Shown here in pieces: positions 1 to 8,998 of a stretch of 64,000 nucleotides of DNA (its first letter is position 1; every line of letters starts with the position of its first letter). The notes below the pieces were generated by a model, which did not search any database, was not told where the DNA came from, and worked only from the letters and a program-made list of their open reading frames with translations. The stretch spans positions 4,793 to 68,792 of the forward strand of contig CAITPI010000134.1 of the NCBI GenBank assembly GCA_903894295.1, in the 5' to 3' direction. Origin of the DNA: an uncultured Acidimicrobiaceae bacterium (GTDB lineage Bacteria; Actinomycetota; Acidimicrobiia; Acidimicrobiales; RAAP-2). Position numbers and translations under genes: made by a program.

Positions 1-356
1 TCCAGTCCGGCCACGAGGGCCGCTCCCTCCCCATCGGTGACGAGCACGTCACAGTCGGTCCGGCGGATGTCATCGGCGAGGGCCTGACCCCGTCGGGTGC
101 TGTTGATCCCGACCACCACCGATCCGGTGAGGGCGGCGGCCTCCAGCCACCACAGATACTCGGGAACGTTGCCCAGCAGGACGCCGACGTGGCGACTTCG
201 CCCCCCGGGAGCCGGCCAGGAGTTGAGCCAGGCGCCGCGGGCCTCGCCGAGCGCCACTGCCTCCCGCCACGACCACTGCTCGTTCCCCGACCGGACGGCA
301 GGACGGTCATCGTCGGCCCGGTCCCAGAGAAGTCCGGCAACGGTCGTCCGGTTCAC
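1..356 (-). CDS. AMP-dependent acyl-CoA synthetase/ligase, N-terminal part (gene runs off the window start)
   Basis: Not in the ORF track because there is no stop in the window. My minus-strand translation from GTG at 356 reads VNRTTVAGLLWDRADDDRPAVRSGNEQWSWREAVALGEARGAWL...HVGVLLGNVPEYLWWLEAAALTGSVVVGINSTRRGQALADDIRRTDCDVLVTDGEG, a typical FadD-type N-terminus. The GTG overlaps the upstream stop (GTGA). Confidence 0.55.
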   Translation of the reverse strand, partial: MNRTTVAGLLWDRADDDRPAVRSGNEQWSWREAVALGEARGAWLNSWPAPGGRSRHVGVLLGNVPEYLWWLEAAALTGSVVVGINSTRRGQALADDIRRTDCDVLVTDGEGAALVAGL

Positions 357-1132
357 GGCCGCTCCTCCCGGTAGAGGCTCTGCAGGGAGGTGCCGATCCG
401 CCCAGCCCGATCCCACAAAGTGGTCTCGGTGGTGCCGATCCCGGGAGTGCCCAATCGGGTGGCTGCCTCAAGGCAGACCCAGGGGCCCTCCGGCGGCCGG
501 AAGAGCGAGACCGTGAGGTCGGTGTTGACGAAGAGGTGCCGGGTGAAGTCGAGCTCCCCCGAAACCCCGTTGGCGAAGTCGGCGGCAGCCACCGCCCGCA
601 CCCAGGGAGAAGGGTCCTCCCCGGGCAGGACCGGGGCGACCAGGGCGAACCACACGACGGCCGGCCCCAACTCGTTGAAGGCCCCCCGGACAAAGCGGAA
701 CTCCACCGCCCCGTTGTGAAAGGCCCGGTAGCCGTCGGTGATGTGCACCGGAGGCACGGGGTTCTCCGGAAACTCCGGTGGTGCCTCCGCCGCCGTCGAC
801 ACTCCGGTCGGGGTCGTCCTGATCCGCACCCCCCGGGCGAGGGCCACCGGGCGACCGTCGGCTTCAATGGTCACATCGGTGACCGAGATCCGTCGTCCGG
901 GCCGCACCGGTTGGATCGAGACGGCGAGCGGCGCCACCGGCACCGAGGTCAACAGTTCGAGGCTGAAGCGCACCATCTGGAGGCCGTCGCCATCGGCGGC
1001 CTGCTCGAGGACCCGGGCCGCCAGGGCGGCCACCGCCCCACCGTGGAGCCCATCGGGCGACCAGGGTCCCCGGGTCAACTCGGTGGGCAGAAACCTCGGC
1101 CCGTCGGGGACAAACAGGGGTTCGGACTCCAT
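353..1132 (-). CDS. thioesterase-like (double hot-dog) family protein
   Basis: ORF 353..1174. I prefer the ATG at 1132 (MESEPLFVPDGPRF...). The size of about 260 aa and the two-halves layout (GLHGGAVAALAARVLE... then a second hot-dog half) fit the acyl-CoA thioesterase-like superfamily. It is coupled to the downstream acyl-CoA ligase gene. Confidence 0.6.
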   Translation of the reverse strand: MESEPLFVPDGPRFLPTELTRGPWSPDGLHGGAVAALAARVLEQAADGDGLQMVRFSLELLTSVPVAPLAVSIQPVRPGRRISVTDVTIEADGRPVALARGVRIRTTPTGVSTAAEAPPEFPENPVPPVHITDGYRAFHNGAVEFRFVRGAFNELGPAVVWFALVAPVLPGEDPSPWVRAVAAADFANGVSGELDFTRHLFVNTDLTVSLFRPPEGPWVCLEAATRLGTPGIGTTETTLWDRAGRIGTSLQSLYREERP

Positions 1133-1212
1133 GGCGCAGACGCTATCCGGGTACCATCTGCGGCGGATCACCACCGAGGTGATTGCGGAGAGACGGAGAG
1201 ACAGGGAAGAAC

Positions 1213-1596
1213 ATGAGCAAGGGAATGTCGGAGATCGACATCAACGCCCCGGCCGACGCCGTGTGGGCCATCGTCAGCGACTTCGGCGGAATCGGCAACT
1301 GGATGCCCGGCATCGAGTCGTGCGTTCTGAAGGACGAACACCGCGTTCTGGAGACCATGGGCATGACCATCACCGAGCGCCTCGTCAGCCAGGACGATGC
1401 CGGCCGGGTGCAGGTCTACTCCATCACCGACGGCGTGCCGGTCGAGTCCCACGAAGCCACCATCACCGTCACTGAGTCCGGTGACGGCAGCCACGTGACC
1501 TGGGAAGTCCAGGCCTCACCGGACGAGATGACCGACCTGATGGTCGGTGTCTACCAGGCCAGCCTGGAGGCCCTGAAGGCCAAAGCCGAGGGTTGA
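1213..1596 (+). CDS. SRPBCC (START/polyketide cyclase-like) family protein
   Basis: ORF 1183..1596, with the start taken at MSKGMSEIDINAPADAVWAIVSDFGGIGNWMPGIESC. That N-terminal pattern (..P..VW..v.DF..i..W.P) is typical of the SRPBCC fold. Confidence 0.7.
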   Translation: MSKGMSEIDINAPADAVWAIVSDFGGIGNWMPGIESCVLKDEHRVLETMGMTITERLVSQDDAGRVQVYSITDGVPVESHEATITVTESGDGSHVTWEVQASPDEMTDLMVGVYQASLEALKAKAEG

Positions 1597-2027
1597 TCCG
1601 CTCCTACCGGGTCGAGGCCCGGAGTCTGGCGCCCATCGAGGCGGTCTGGCCCCTGCTGGGTCAGGCCGCCCGATGGCCCGAATGGTCCTTCCTCGACCGG
1701 GCCGTTCTGGAACGCACCGGTCGGGACGATCCCGACGGTGTCGGCGCCATCCGCCACTTCACCCGGTTCGGGACCGGGTCGAGGGAGGAAGTCCTGGCGT
1801 GGGAACCTCCCGCGCATCTGGCCTACTCGATCCTCTCGGGCTTTCCCGTGAAGAACTACCGCTCCGACATCTGGCTGCGTCAGGGAGCGTGCACCTTCAT
1901 CACCTGGAGCGGGACGTTCGAAGCGAAGGTTCCCGGCACCGGCCGGATCCTCGAGACCGCGCTGCGACTCCTGATGGGTCGTTTCGCCCGGAACGTCGCC
2001 CGCTACGCCGAAGCGTCGAGGACCTGA
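1593..2027 (+). CDS. SRPBCC family protein (second copy)
   Basis: ORF 1593..2027 (the TTG start overlaps the previous stop, TTGA). IEAVWPLLGQAARWPEWS... is the same SRPBCC-type N-terminal signature. Confidence 0.6.
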   Translation: MIRSYRVEARSLAPIEAVWPLLGQAARWPEWSFLDRAVLERTGRDDPDGVGAIRHFTRFGTGSREEVLAWEPPAHLAYSILSGFPVKNYRSDIWLRQGACTFITWSGTFEAKVPGTGRILETALRLLMGRFARNVARYAEASRT

Positions 2028-2302
2028 CGCTCCTCGGCCGTCAGGTCCTCTGCCTTTACCGGTCGAACCAACGCCCAGTGATGGCCCACCGGGCACCGTT
2101 GGTAGCGACGGGTCGGCCCGAGGCGGACCGCCGTGAGTGACGCACCTTCGATCCAACGGGTCCTGAACAGGTGCCCCTTGCTGCACCGGGCGGCCGTCTG
2201 GCCCGGGATGTCGTAGCCCTTCTTCTTCATCACGACATTCGCCACGACCAGCGCCGCCACCACGACAGCCAGGGCAATGACCACCACCACTCCGGTGTTC
2301 AT
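2003..2302 (-). CDS. small membrane-anchored protein with putative C/H zinc-ribbon-like motif
   Basis: Internal ATG at 2302 of ORF 2003..2443, overlapping the upstream stop (ATGA). MNTGVVVVIALAVVVAALVVANVV is a TM helix. It is followed by CSKGH...CPVGHH. Function unknown. Confidence 0.5.
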   Translation of the reverse strand: MNTGVVVVIALAVVVAALVVANVVMKKKGYDIPGQTAARCSKGHLFRTRWIEGASLTAVRLGPTRRYQRCPVGHHWALVRPVKAEDLTAEERQVLDASA

Positions 2303-3606
2303 TGGACCTCCATCAGCCGTCGGGCCCGGGTCTCCACCTGCCGCCGGGCTTCTTCCACGTCCACCGTCAGGCACGATCCGGCCCGGACCACCTGACGACC
2401 GGCCACCCACACGTCGGTGACCAGGCGACCCGATGCCGCCCACACCAGATGTTCGAACAGTTCGTCGTCTTCCAGCCAGGGCACAAAGACCGGATCGTCC
2501 AGATCAAAGGCGATCATGTCGGCGGGCGTTCCGGCCGAAAGCACGCCGAGATCCGGCCGGCCGAGCGCCGCTCCACCGGCCCGGGTGGCGAGATCAAGGG
2601 CCCCGGCGGCCAGGAGGGCACTGGCGTCACGCTCGCGCAACCGGGCCAGAAAGGCGGCCGTCCGCATGTCCTCCCACAGGTCGAGGTCGTTGTTCGACGC
2701 CGGTCCGTCGGTGCCGAGGGCCACGGTGACCCCGGCCGCCAGCAGACCGGTCACCGGCGCCATCCCGGAGGCCAGCTTGGCGTTGGACTGTGGGCAGTGG
2801 GCCACCGCCACGTCGTGACGGGCCAGGCACGAGATGTCGTCGTCATCCAGCCACACACCGTGCGCGGCGAGCACCCGGCCCTCCAGCACGCCGGCCGACT
2901 CCAGGGCCAACGGTTCCGAGGTGCCGTGGTCGGCCAGGAACCCGGTGCACTCCATCTCGGTCTCGGCCAGATGGAGGTGGAACAGCGTGTCACAGCTCCG
3001 GGCCGCCTCGGCGGCGGCGGCGAGTCCTTCCATGGGCACCGAGTAGGGGGCGTGGGCGGCGAAGCCCACGTCGATCCGGCCCGCCTCGCCCTGGCGACGC
3101 CGGTGGAAATCGGTGAAGACGTCGAGCTGGGGTTCCCACCAGGCACCGTCACGACTGCGACCGGGCAGCTGCAACACCCCCGGGGTGATGACCGCCCGGG
3201 TGCCGGCCGCCAGAACGGCATCGGCGATGGCGTCCTCGTGGAAGTACATCTCGCAACTGGTCGTCACGCCGAAGCGCAGCAGTTCGGCGACGGCCAACGT
3301 CATGCCCCAGTAGACGTCCTCCGCCTCGAGGTTGGCCTCTCGGGGCCAGACCACCTCACCCAACCACCGCTCCAGCGGCAAGCCGCCACCGGCACCTCGG
3401 AACAGCGTCATCGGTGAGTGACAGTGCGTGTTGATCAGCCCGGGCAGCAGAGCGCCAGAGACGACGACCTCTTCGGCCACCGTCGCCGACGCCTCGGGTC
3501 CCACGTGGGTGATCACGCCATCGGCCACCTCGACCACCCCGGGTCGCAGGACCACGCCCGGCTCGACGCACGGAACAACGGCGTCCGCCCGGTACCGGAC
3601 GGTCAT
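2299..3606 (-). CDS. amidohydrolase, MtaD-like (5-methylthioadenosine/S-adenosylhomocysteine/5'-deoxyadenosine deaminase family)
   Basis: ORF 2299..3633, start taken at MTVRY (3606). Motifs seen: INTHCHSPMTLFRGAGGGLPLERWL, HLHLAETEME, HGVWL, VAHCPQSNAKLASG and LGTDGPASNNDLD. These match the metal-binding and signature blocks of MTA/SAH deaminases. Confidence 0.8.
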   Translation of the reverse strand: MTVRYRADAVVPCVEPGVVLRPGVVEVADGVITHVGPEASATVAEEVVVSGALLPGLINTHCHSPMTLFRGAGGGLPLERWLGEVVWPREANLEAEDVYWGMTLAVAELLRFGVTTSCEMYFHEDAIADAVLAAGTRAVITPGVLQLPGRSRDGAWWEPQLDVFTDFHRRRQGEAGRIDVGFAAHAPYSVPMEGLAAAAEAARSCDTLFHLHLAETEMECTGFLADHGTSEPLALESAGVLEGRVLAAHGVWLDDDDISCLARHDVAVAHCPQSNAKLASGMAPVTGLLAAGVTVALGTDGPASNNDLDLWEDMRTAAFLARLRERDASALLAAGALDLATRAGGAALGRPDLGVLSAGTPADMIAFDLDDPVFVPWLEDDELFEHLVWAASGRLVTDVWVAGRQVVRAGSCLTVDVEEARRQVETRARRLMEVQ

Positions 3607-3610
3607 CGAC

Positions 3611-4762
3611 TTAGAGGTCGAACTTGACGACACCCCGGATGTTTGAGCCTTCGGCCAGATCGTCGTAGCCGGTCTGGACCTCGTCGAGGGTGTACTCCCG
3701 GGTGATCAGGTCGTCGATCTGCAGCAGACCGGCTTCGTAGAGACGCAGGAGGTTCGGGATCTGCACCCGGGGGCTGGCCGAACCGAACACCGTGCCGAGC
3801 AGGGCCTGGTTGAACATCGAGAAGTTGAAGAGGTTCAACTTGACCTCGTCCTGGTCGAAGGGGGCGATGGCCGTGGCGACCACCCGTCCGTCCTTCGAGG
3901 CCAACGCCATGGCCGGGGCGACCAGATCGCCGGTCAGCACACCCGGCGTCAGGATGACCACATCGGCCATCCGGCCTTCGGTGAGCTCGGGCAGGATGAG
4001 GTTGGCTTCCAGGATGGAGGCCGCACCGTGGGTGGCGCCGATCTTCTTGGCCGACTCGACCTTGAAGGGCAGGGGATCCACCGCAATGATCTGGCGGGCA
4101 CCGGCCAACCGGGCCCCCTGGATGGCGCCGGAGCCCACCCCACCGCACCCGATGACCACGACGGTCTCCCCGGGACGGACGTTGGCCCGGTCCACGGCCG
4201 AGCCGAAGCCGGTCGAGATGCCACAGCTGATCAGGGCGGCGGCCTTCAGGGAGACATGCGGGCTCACCTTGACGAGGGAGGCCTCGTTGGCCAGCACGAA
4301 CTCGGAGAAGGTGCCGAGCTGGGTCATGCGGTTCACGTGCTGCCCGTCCAGGCTGTAGCGCCACTGCATGTCGCTCATCATGGGACCGGCCAGGATCATC
4401 ATGCCGAGGTCGCAGAGGTACTGGCGACCCGAGGCGCACCAGTGGCACCGGCCACAGGCGGGAATGAACGAGGCGGCCACATGGTCACCCACGGCCAGGC
4501 TTTCGACATCGGGACCGACCTCAACCACCACGCCGGCACCCTCGTGGCCACCGATCATCGGGAACATCGAGTCGACGCCGAACACTTCGAGGACTTCCTT
4601 TGGAGCGCTCATGTCGCCGGTCCGAAGGTGCTCATCCGAGTGGCACATGCCGGCATAGGCCATCTGGACCCGAACTTCGTGGGGACCCGGGTCGGCGATG
4701 TCGACCTCTTCCACCTTCCACGGTTCGTTGAGTCCGGTGCACACAGCGGCGCGAGTCTTCAT
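3611..4762 (-). CDS. Zn-dependent alcohol dehydrogenase, NDMA-dependent / mycofactocin-coupled nicotinoprotein type
   Basis: ORF 3611..4762. GMCHSDEH, GHEGAGVVVEVG and CGRCHWCASGRQYLC are MDR Zn-ADH motifs. It lies next to mftR and is translationally coupled to it (ATGA at 4759-4762), the known genomic context of mycofactocin-dependent ADHs. Confidence 0.8.
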   Translation of the reverse strand: MKTRAAVCTGLNEPWKVEEVDIADPGPHEVRVQMAYAGMCHSDEHLRTGDMSAPKEVLEVFGVDSMFPMIGGHEGAGVVVEVGPDVESLAVGDHVAASFIPACGRCHWCASGRQYLCDLGMMILAGPMMSDMQWRYSLDGQHVNRMTQLGTFSEFVLANEASLVKVSPHVSLKAAALISCGISTGFGSAVDRANVRPGETVVVIGCGGVGSGAIQGARLAGARQIIAVDPLPFKVESAKKIGATHGAASILEANLILPELTEGRMADVVILTPGVLTGDLVAPAMALASKDGRVVATAIAPFDQDEVKLNLFNFSMFNQALLGTVFGSASPRVQIPNLLRLYEAGLLQIDDLITREYTLDEVQTGYDDLAEGSNIRGVVKFDL

Positions 4763-5421
4763 GGCGGTTCTCCCCCTTGCAGATACTTGTCCCCGATCCT
4801 AGCCCCGTCGCCACCAAGTGGTTGGCCCTTCAGCCGATCCTCGTCGAATCCGGTGGCGAGCAGGGCCAACGCCTGGTCGACCACCTCGGTCAGATCGCCG
4901 TCATCCCGTCGGGTCCACTCCTCGAACGCCGCCATCGCCGCCCCCAAGGCCGCCCGGGCCAGGGTTTGGGGAGCCAGGTCCGTCGGCCTTCCACCGAGTC
5001 GACGGGCCGCAAACCTCGCCACCACGTCACACCACTCCTCGTAGCGGACCGCCGAGTGGGCCACGAGGGTCGGGACCGAGCGGATCAGGCTCATCCGCAA
5101 GCGCAGGTCCACCAACTGCTCCTCGTTGAACCGGTTGGTCTCGACCACGGCCCGCCGGAGGACCTGCATCAGGCCTTCCTCGTCCGGGGCCTCGGACAAC
5201 AGCCGGTCCAGGCGGGCCAGTTCGGCGTCGAAGGCGCCCCACACGGCGTCGCTCTTGGACTGGTAGTAACGGAAGAAGGTGCGCCGGCTGATACCCACTT
5301 CGGAGGCGATCTCGTCCACCGTGGTCGCTTCGAAGCCCTGTCGGCTGAACAGGGCAAGGGCGGCCCGGGCCACGTCCTCCCGGGAGGTGGCGGGTCGTCG
5401 ACCCCGGGGACTGGACTCCAT
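4759..5421 (-). CDS. mftR: TetR-family regulator, mycofactocin system (MftR)
   Basis: ORF 4759..5469, start taken at MESSPRGRR (5421; the alternative is 5430). The TetR HTH is VDEIASEVGISRRTFFRYYQSKSD. It is divergent from mftA. Confidence 0.8.
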   Translation of the reverse strand: MESSPRGRRPATSREDVARAALALFSRQGFEATTVDEIASEVGISRRTFFRYYQSKSDAVWGAFDAELARLDRLLSEAPDEEGLMQVLRRAVVETNRFNEEQLVDLRLRMSLIRSVPTLVAHSAVRYEEWCDVVARFAARRLGGRPTDLAPQTLARAALGAAMAAFEEWTRRDDGDLTEVVDQALALLATGFDEDRLKGQPLGGDGARIGDKYLQGGEPP

Positions 5422-5430
5422 ACCTGACAT

Positions 5431-5480
5431 TTTGGCATTGAGTGCTATAAATTGAAACAACCAACACACCGGGAGGAACC
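5431..5480. promoter_or_regulatory. mftR-mftA divergent control region
   Basis: This 50-bp intergenic stretch is the most AT-rich sequence nearby: tttggcattgagtgctataaattgaaacaacc. It has a -10-like TATAAAT at about 5446-5452 and an SD-like GGGAGGA at 5471-5477 before the mftA ATG. It is the likely site of an MftR operator, which I did not define. Confidence 0.4.
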
Positions 5481-5594
5481 ATGAGCACTGCCCCAGCCGT
5501 CACCAGCGAAGAAGACGTCGAAGAGACCGAACTCGTCGAAGCGGACCTGTTGGTGGAAGATGTGTCCATCGACGGCATGTGCGGCGTCTACTAA
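5481..5594 (+). CDS. mftA: mycofactocin precursor peptide MftA (37 aa)
   Basis: Absent from the ORF track because it is too short. My translation is MSTAPAVTSEEDVEETELVEADLLVEDVSIDGMCGVY followed by a stop. The C-terminal IDGMCGVY is the canonical MftA core. An SD lies upstream and mftB starts 3 nt after the stop. Confidence 0.95.
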   Translation: MSTAPAVTSEEDVEETELVEADLLVEDVSIDGMCGVY

Positions 5595-5597
5595 GTC

Positions 5598-5894
5598 GTG
5601 GCCATCGCCGTATCCGAGGAGGTCTATGACGGCCGTCGGGCCTGGGCCCTCCACCCGCAGGTCTCCCTGCGGCCGGAGTCCTTTGGCGCGCTGGCCTACC
5701 ACTTTGGAACCCGGCGCCTTTCCTTCCTGAAAAGTCCCGAGTTGCGCGCCGTGGTCGAGCGCCTGGCCGAGACCGGGTGTGGTGACGAGGCGCTCGTCGA
5801 GGTTGGCGTGCCGGAAGCCGAGTGGCCCCGCTACCACCAGGCGCTGGCCACCTTGGCCCGCACCGGCATGATCGTCCGCCGGGATCCGTCGTGA
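5598..5894 (+). CDS. mftB: mycofactocin biosynthesis chaperone MftB (RRE-type peptide-binding protein)
   Basis: ORF 5598..5894 (GTG start), 98 aa, positioned between mftA and mftC. The sequence WALHPQVSLRPESFGALAYHFGTRRLSFLK is typical of MftB. Confidence 0.85.
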   Translation: MAIAVSEEVYDGRRAWALHPQVSLRPESFGALAYHFGTRRLSFLKSPELRAVVERLAETGCGDEALVEVGVPEAEWPRYHQALATLARTGMIVRRDPS

Positions 5895-7066
5895 CGGCCG
5901 TGGTCGGCCGGTTGGCCGACCGGTTCGAACAGGGCCTTGATGCTCCCATCTGCCTGACGTGGGAGTTGACCTATGCCTGCAACCTGGCGTGCACCCACTG
6001 CCTGTCCAGTTCGGGCCGGCGCGACCCCAGGGAACTCACCACCAACGAGTGCATCGCCCTCATCGACGAGTTCGAGCGCATGCAGATCTTCTACGTCAAC
6101 ATCGGCGGCGGCGAGCCCACCATCCGGGCCGACTTCTGGGATCTGCTCGACTACGCCACCTCCCACCACGTCGGCGTGAAGTTCTCCACCAACGGGTCCC
6201 GCATCACCCCGGACCGGGCCCGGCAACTGGCGGCCAACGACTACCTCGACATCCAGATCTCCCTCGACGGGGCGACCGCCGAGGTCAACGATGCCGTGCG
6301 GGGCAACGGCTCCTTCGACGCCGCCATAAAGGCCATGGAGCGGCTGGCCGACGCCGGAATGTCGGGCTTCAAGATCTCGGTGGTGGCCACCCGGCACAAC
6401 GTTGGTCAACTCGACCGGTTCGCCACCCTGGCCGACCGCTACGGCGCCCAGCTTCGGCTCACCCGCCTTCGACCCTCGGGCCGGGGCGCCGACGTCTGGG
6501 ACGACCTGCACCCAACGTCGGTCCAACAGCGGCAGATCTACGACTGGCTGGTCGACCACGGGGACCAGGTCCTCACCGGTGACTCGTTCTTCCATCTCGC
6601 CGGCTACGGCGAGAGCCTCCCGGGACTGAACCTGTGTGGCGCCGGTCGGGTGGTCTGCCTCATCGATCCGGTCGGTGATGTCTACGCCTGTCCGTTTGCC
6701 ATCCACGACGAGTTCCTGGCCGGCAACGTGCGCTCGGATGAAGGCTTCGCCGGGGTGTGGCGGACCTCCTCCTTGTTCTCGTCGCTCAGGGAGCCCCAGA
6801 GCGCCGGAGCGTGCGCCTCGTGTGGGCACTTCGACGCCTGCCGGGGTGGCTGCATGGCCGCCAAGTTCTTCACCGGACTTCCCCTCGATGGGCCCGACCC
6901 CGAATGCGTGCTGGGCCACGGTGAGACCGCCCTCGCTCAGCGCGACGGGGTGGTGCTCCCGAAACCGGCGGTCGACCACTCACGCCAGCCGATCGCCCTC
7001 AGGACCCGTCGGCCGGACCGGTCGTGTGACGAGAGTCCGTTGGCCGGCTTCACTCCTGCCCCCTGA
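5891..7066 (+). CDS. mftC: mycofactocin radical SAM maturase MftC (rSAM/SPASM)
   Basis: This is the frame of ORF 5822..7066. I take the start at GTG 5891, which overlaps the mftB stop (GTGA). It has the CNLACTHC rSAM cluster motif and a C-terminal SPASM region, CGAGRVVCLIDPVGDVYACPF...CASCGHFDACRGGC. Confidence 0.95.
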   Translation: MTAVVGRLADRFEQGLDAPICLTWELTYACNLACTHCLSSSGRRDPRELTTNECIALIDEFERMQIFYVNIGGGEPTIRADFWDLLDYATSHHVGVKFSTNGSRITPDRARQLAANDYLDIQISLDGATAEVNDAVRGNGSFDAAIKAMERLADAGMSGFKISVVATRHNVGQLDRFATLADRYGAQLRLTRLRPSGRGADVWDDLHPTSVQQRQIYDWLVDHGDQVLTGDSFFHLAGYGESLPGLNLCGAGRVVCLIDPVGDVYACPFAIHDEFLAGNVRSDEGFAGVWRTSSLFSSLREPQSAGACASCGHFDACRGGCMAAKFFTGLPLDGPDPECVLGHGETALAQRDGVVLPKPAVDHSRQPIALRTRRPDRSCDESPLAGFTPAP

Positions 7067-7068
7067 CC

Positions 7069-8997
7069 GTGATGACTGTGGCCGAGCGGCGTCTGTTGAC
7101 CGAAACGATCGAACTGGCCGGACGCCAGGCGTCCAGCCGGGTGGTCTTCGGACCCCACGAGACCAATCTCGGCGACGACCGCGCCCTTGGTTCCCGCCAC
7201 GCCGCCTACTACGCCGCCCGGGCGGCCGGCGGGGCCGGCATCATCATCACCGAGACCGCCTCGGTGCACCCCTCGGACTGGCCCTACGAGCGGGCACCCC
7301 GGGCGGACGGGTGTGGACCGGGATGGCAGGCCATCGTCGCCGCCTGCCGCCAGGAGGGCGCCCTCGTGGTGGCCAGCCTCGGGCACGCCGGAGCACAGGG
7401 ATCGAGTGCCTACTCCCAGATGGCGCTGTGGGCCCCGTCCCCGGTGGCCGACGTGGTCAACCGGGAGATGCCCATGGTCATGGAACAGGCCGAGGTCGAC
7501 CAACTGGTGGAGGGTTTCCACACAAGTGCCGTGGTGGCCCGTCAGGCCGACCTCGACGGCATCGAGATCGACATCGGGCCCTACTCCCTGCTGCGCCAGT
7601 TCCACTCGGGACTCACCAACCAACGCAGCGACCGCTACGGCGAGGACCGGCTCCTGCTGACCCGCCAGGTCATCGGCGCCGTCCGGGACGCCCTCGGAGA
7701 CGACCGGATCGTCGCCCTTCGCTTCTGTGCCGACGAGTTGGCACCCTGGGCCGGAATCACCCCGGAGATGGCCGCCGAAGCCCTGGCTTCTCTGGCGCCG
7801 CTGGTCGACATGGTGACGGTGGTCCGGGGTGGTCCGTACTCCACGTCGTCCTACCGTCCCGACGCCCACACGGGGGCAAACTTCAACCGGGAGCTGTGCG
7901 AATCGATGCGATCGGCCGTCGGGGGAACCGCCCTCGTGGCGCTCCAGGGCAGCGTTGTCTCGGTGGCCGACGCCCAGGACGCCCTCGACGGGGGCGTGTG
8001 CGATCTCGTGGAGATGACCCGGGCCCAGATCGCCGACCCGCGGCTGGTGGCCCGGGTCCGTGAGAACCAGGCCGAACGGATCCGACCTTGTGTCCGGTGC
8101 AACCAGGCCTGTCGGGTGCGGGACAACCGGAACCCCATCGTCAGCTGCATCGGCGAGCCCCGCAGCGGACACGAGACCACCGAGGACGAGCCCGAAGAAG
8201 GCGCTCCCCGGACCCGTCGGCCCGTCCGGATCGTCGGATCCGGTGTGGCCGGACTCGAGTGCGCCCGGGTGCTGGCCCTCATGGGCCACACCGTCGAGGT
8301 ACTGGAGGCGGCCCCGGTTCCCGGTGGCACCCTCCGACGGGCCGCCCGGGGTCATGGCCGGGAGAACCTCGGCGCACTGGTCGACTGGCTGCTCGACGAG
8401 TGCGGGCGCCTTGGCGTCACCATCCGCTGTGGGGTGACCGCAACGGCGGACGACCTCGGAGGAGACGTGATCCTGGCCACCGGGTCCCGGCCACAGCCCC
8501 ACCGCCACCCCAACGACGGCACGGTCGCCGTCGTCGACGCCCTTTCCGTCCTGGACGGCGATGAACTCCCCTTTGGGCCGGTACTGGTCCACGATCCGGT
8601 GGGAGGTCCGGTCGGCATCGGGATCGCCGAATGGCTGGCCGGGGAGGGAATCGAGGTGGCCCTGGCCGCCCCCGACCCCATCGCCGGCACCTTGCTGTCG
8701 CTGACCGGAGACCTGGCGGATGCCAACACCCGGCTCCAACAGGCCGGCGTCAAGCGCGAGCTCCGGGTCCGACTGCGTGAACTCGCCGACGGCCAGGCGT
8801 TGCTCGAGGACGTCTGGACCGCCGAACGTCGGCGCATCCCGGTCGCCACGGTCGTGGATGCCTCACACCGCGAGCCGGAAGAAACCCTTTATCTGACCCG
8901 GCCGGGAACCACCCGGATCGGCGACTGTGTCGCACCCCGCTCGGCCCTCGAGGCCGTCCTCGAAGGGCGTCGGGCCGCCATGGCGGTGGAGGCCTGA
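7069..8997 (+). CDS. FadH/OYE-family flavo-iron-sulfur oxidoreductase (mycofactocin-associated type 1)
   Basis: ORF 7069..8997. It has an N-terminal OYE TIM-barrel (AAYYAARAAGGAGIIITE), a CVRCNQACRVRDNRNPIVSC 4Fe-4S motif and a C-terminal Rossmann domain (RIVGSGVAGLECA). The architecture is that of 2,4-dienoyl-CoA reductase. Confidence 0.8.
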   Translation: MMTVAERRLLTETIELAGRQASSRVVFGPHETNLGDDRALGSRHAAYYAARAAGGAGIIITETASVHPSDWPYERAPRADGCGPGWQAIVAACRQEGALVVASLGHAGAQGSSAYSQMALWAPSPVADVVNREMPMVMEQAEVDQLVEGFHTSAVVARQADLDGIEIDIGPYSLLRQFHSGLTNQRSDRYGEDRLLLTRQVIGAVRDALGDDRIVALRFCADELAPWAGITPEMAAEALASLAPLVDMVTVVRGGPYSTSSYRPDAHTGANFNRELCESMRSAVGGTALVALQGSVVSVADAQDALDGGVCDLVEMTRAQIADPRLVARVRENQAERIRPCVRCNQACRVRDNRNPIVSCIGEPRSGHETTEDEPEEGAPRTRRPVRIVGSGVAGLECARVLALMGHTVEVLEAAPVPGGTLRRAARGHGRENLGALVDWLLDECGRLGVTIRCGVTATADDLGGDVILATGSRPQPHRHPNDGTVAVVDALSVLDGDELPFGPVLVHDPVGGPVGIGIAEWLAGEGIEVALAAPDPIAGTLLSLTGDLADANTRLQQAGVKRELRVRLRELADGQALLEDVWTAERRRIPVATVVDASHREPEETLYLTRPGTTRIGDCVAPRSALEAVLEGRRAAMAVEA

Positions 8998-8998
8998 G

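Noticed and set aside
6937-8739. 600-aa minus-strand ORF
   Set aside because: It is antisense to the well-supported OYE-type gene at 7069..8997. The translation is Gly/Arg/Pro/Asp-rich with no recognisable motifs, a typical high-GC shadow ORF.
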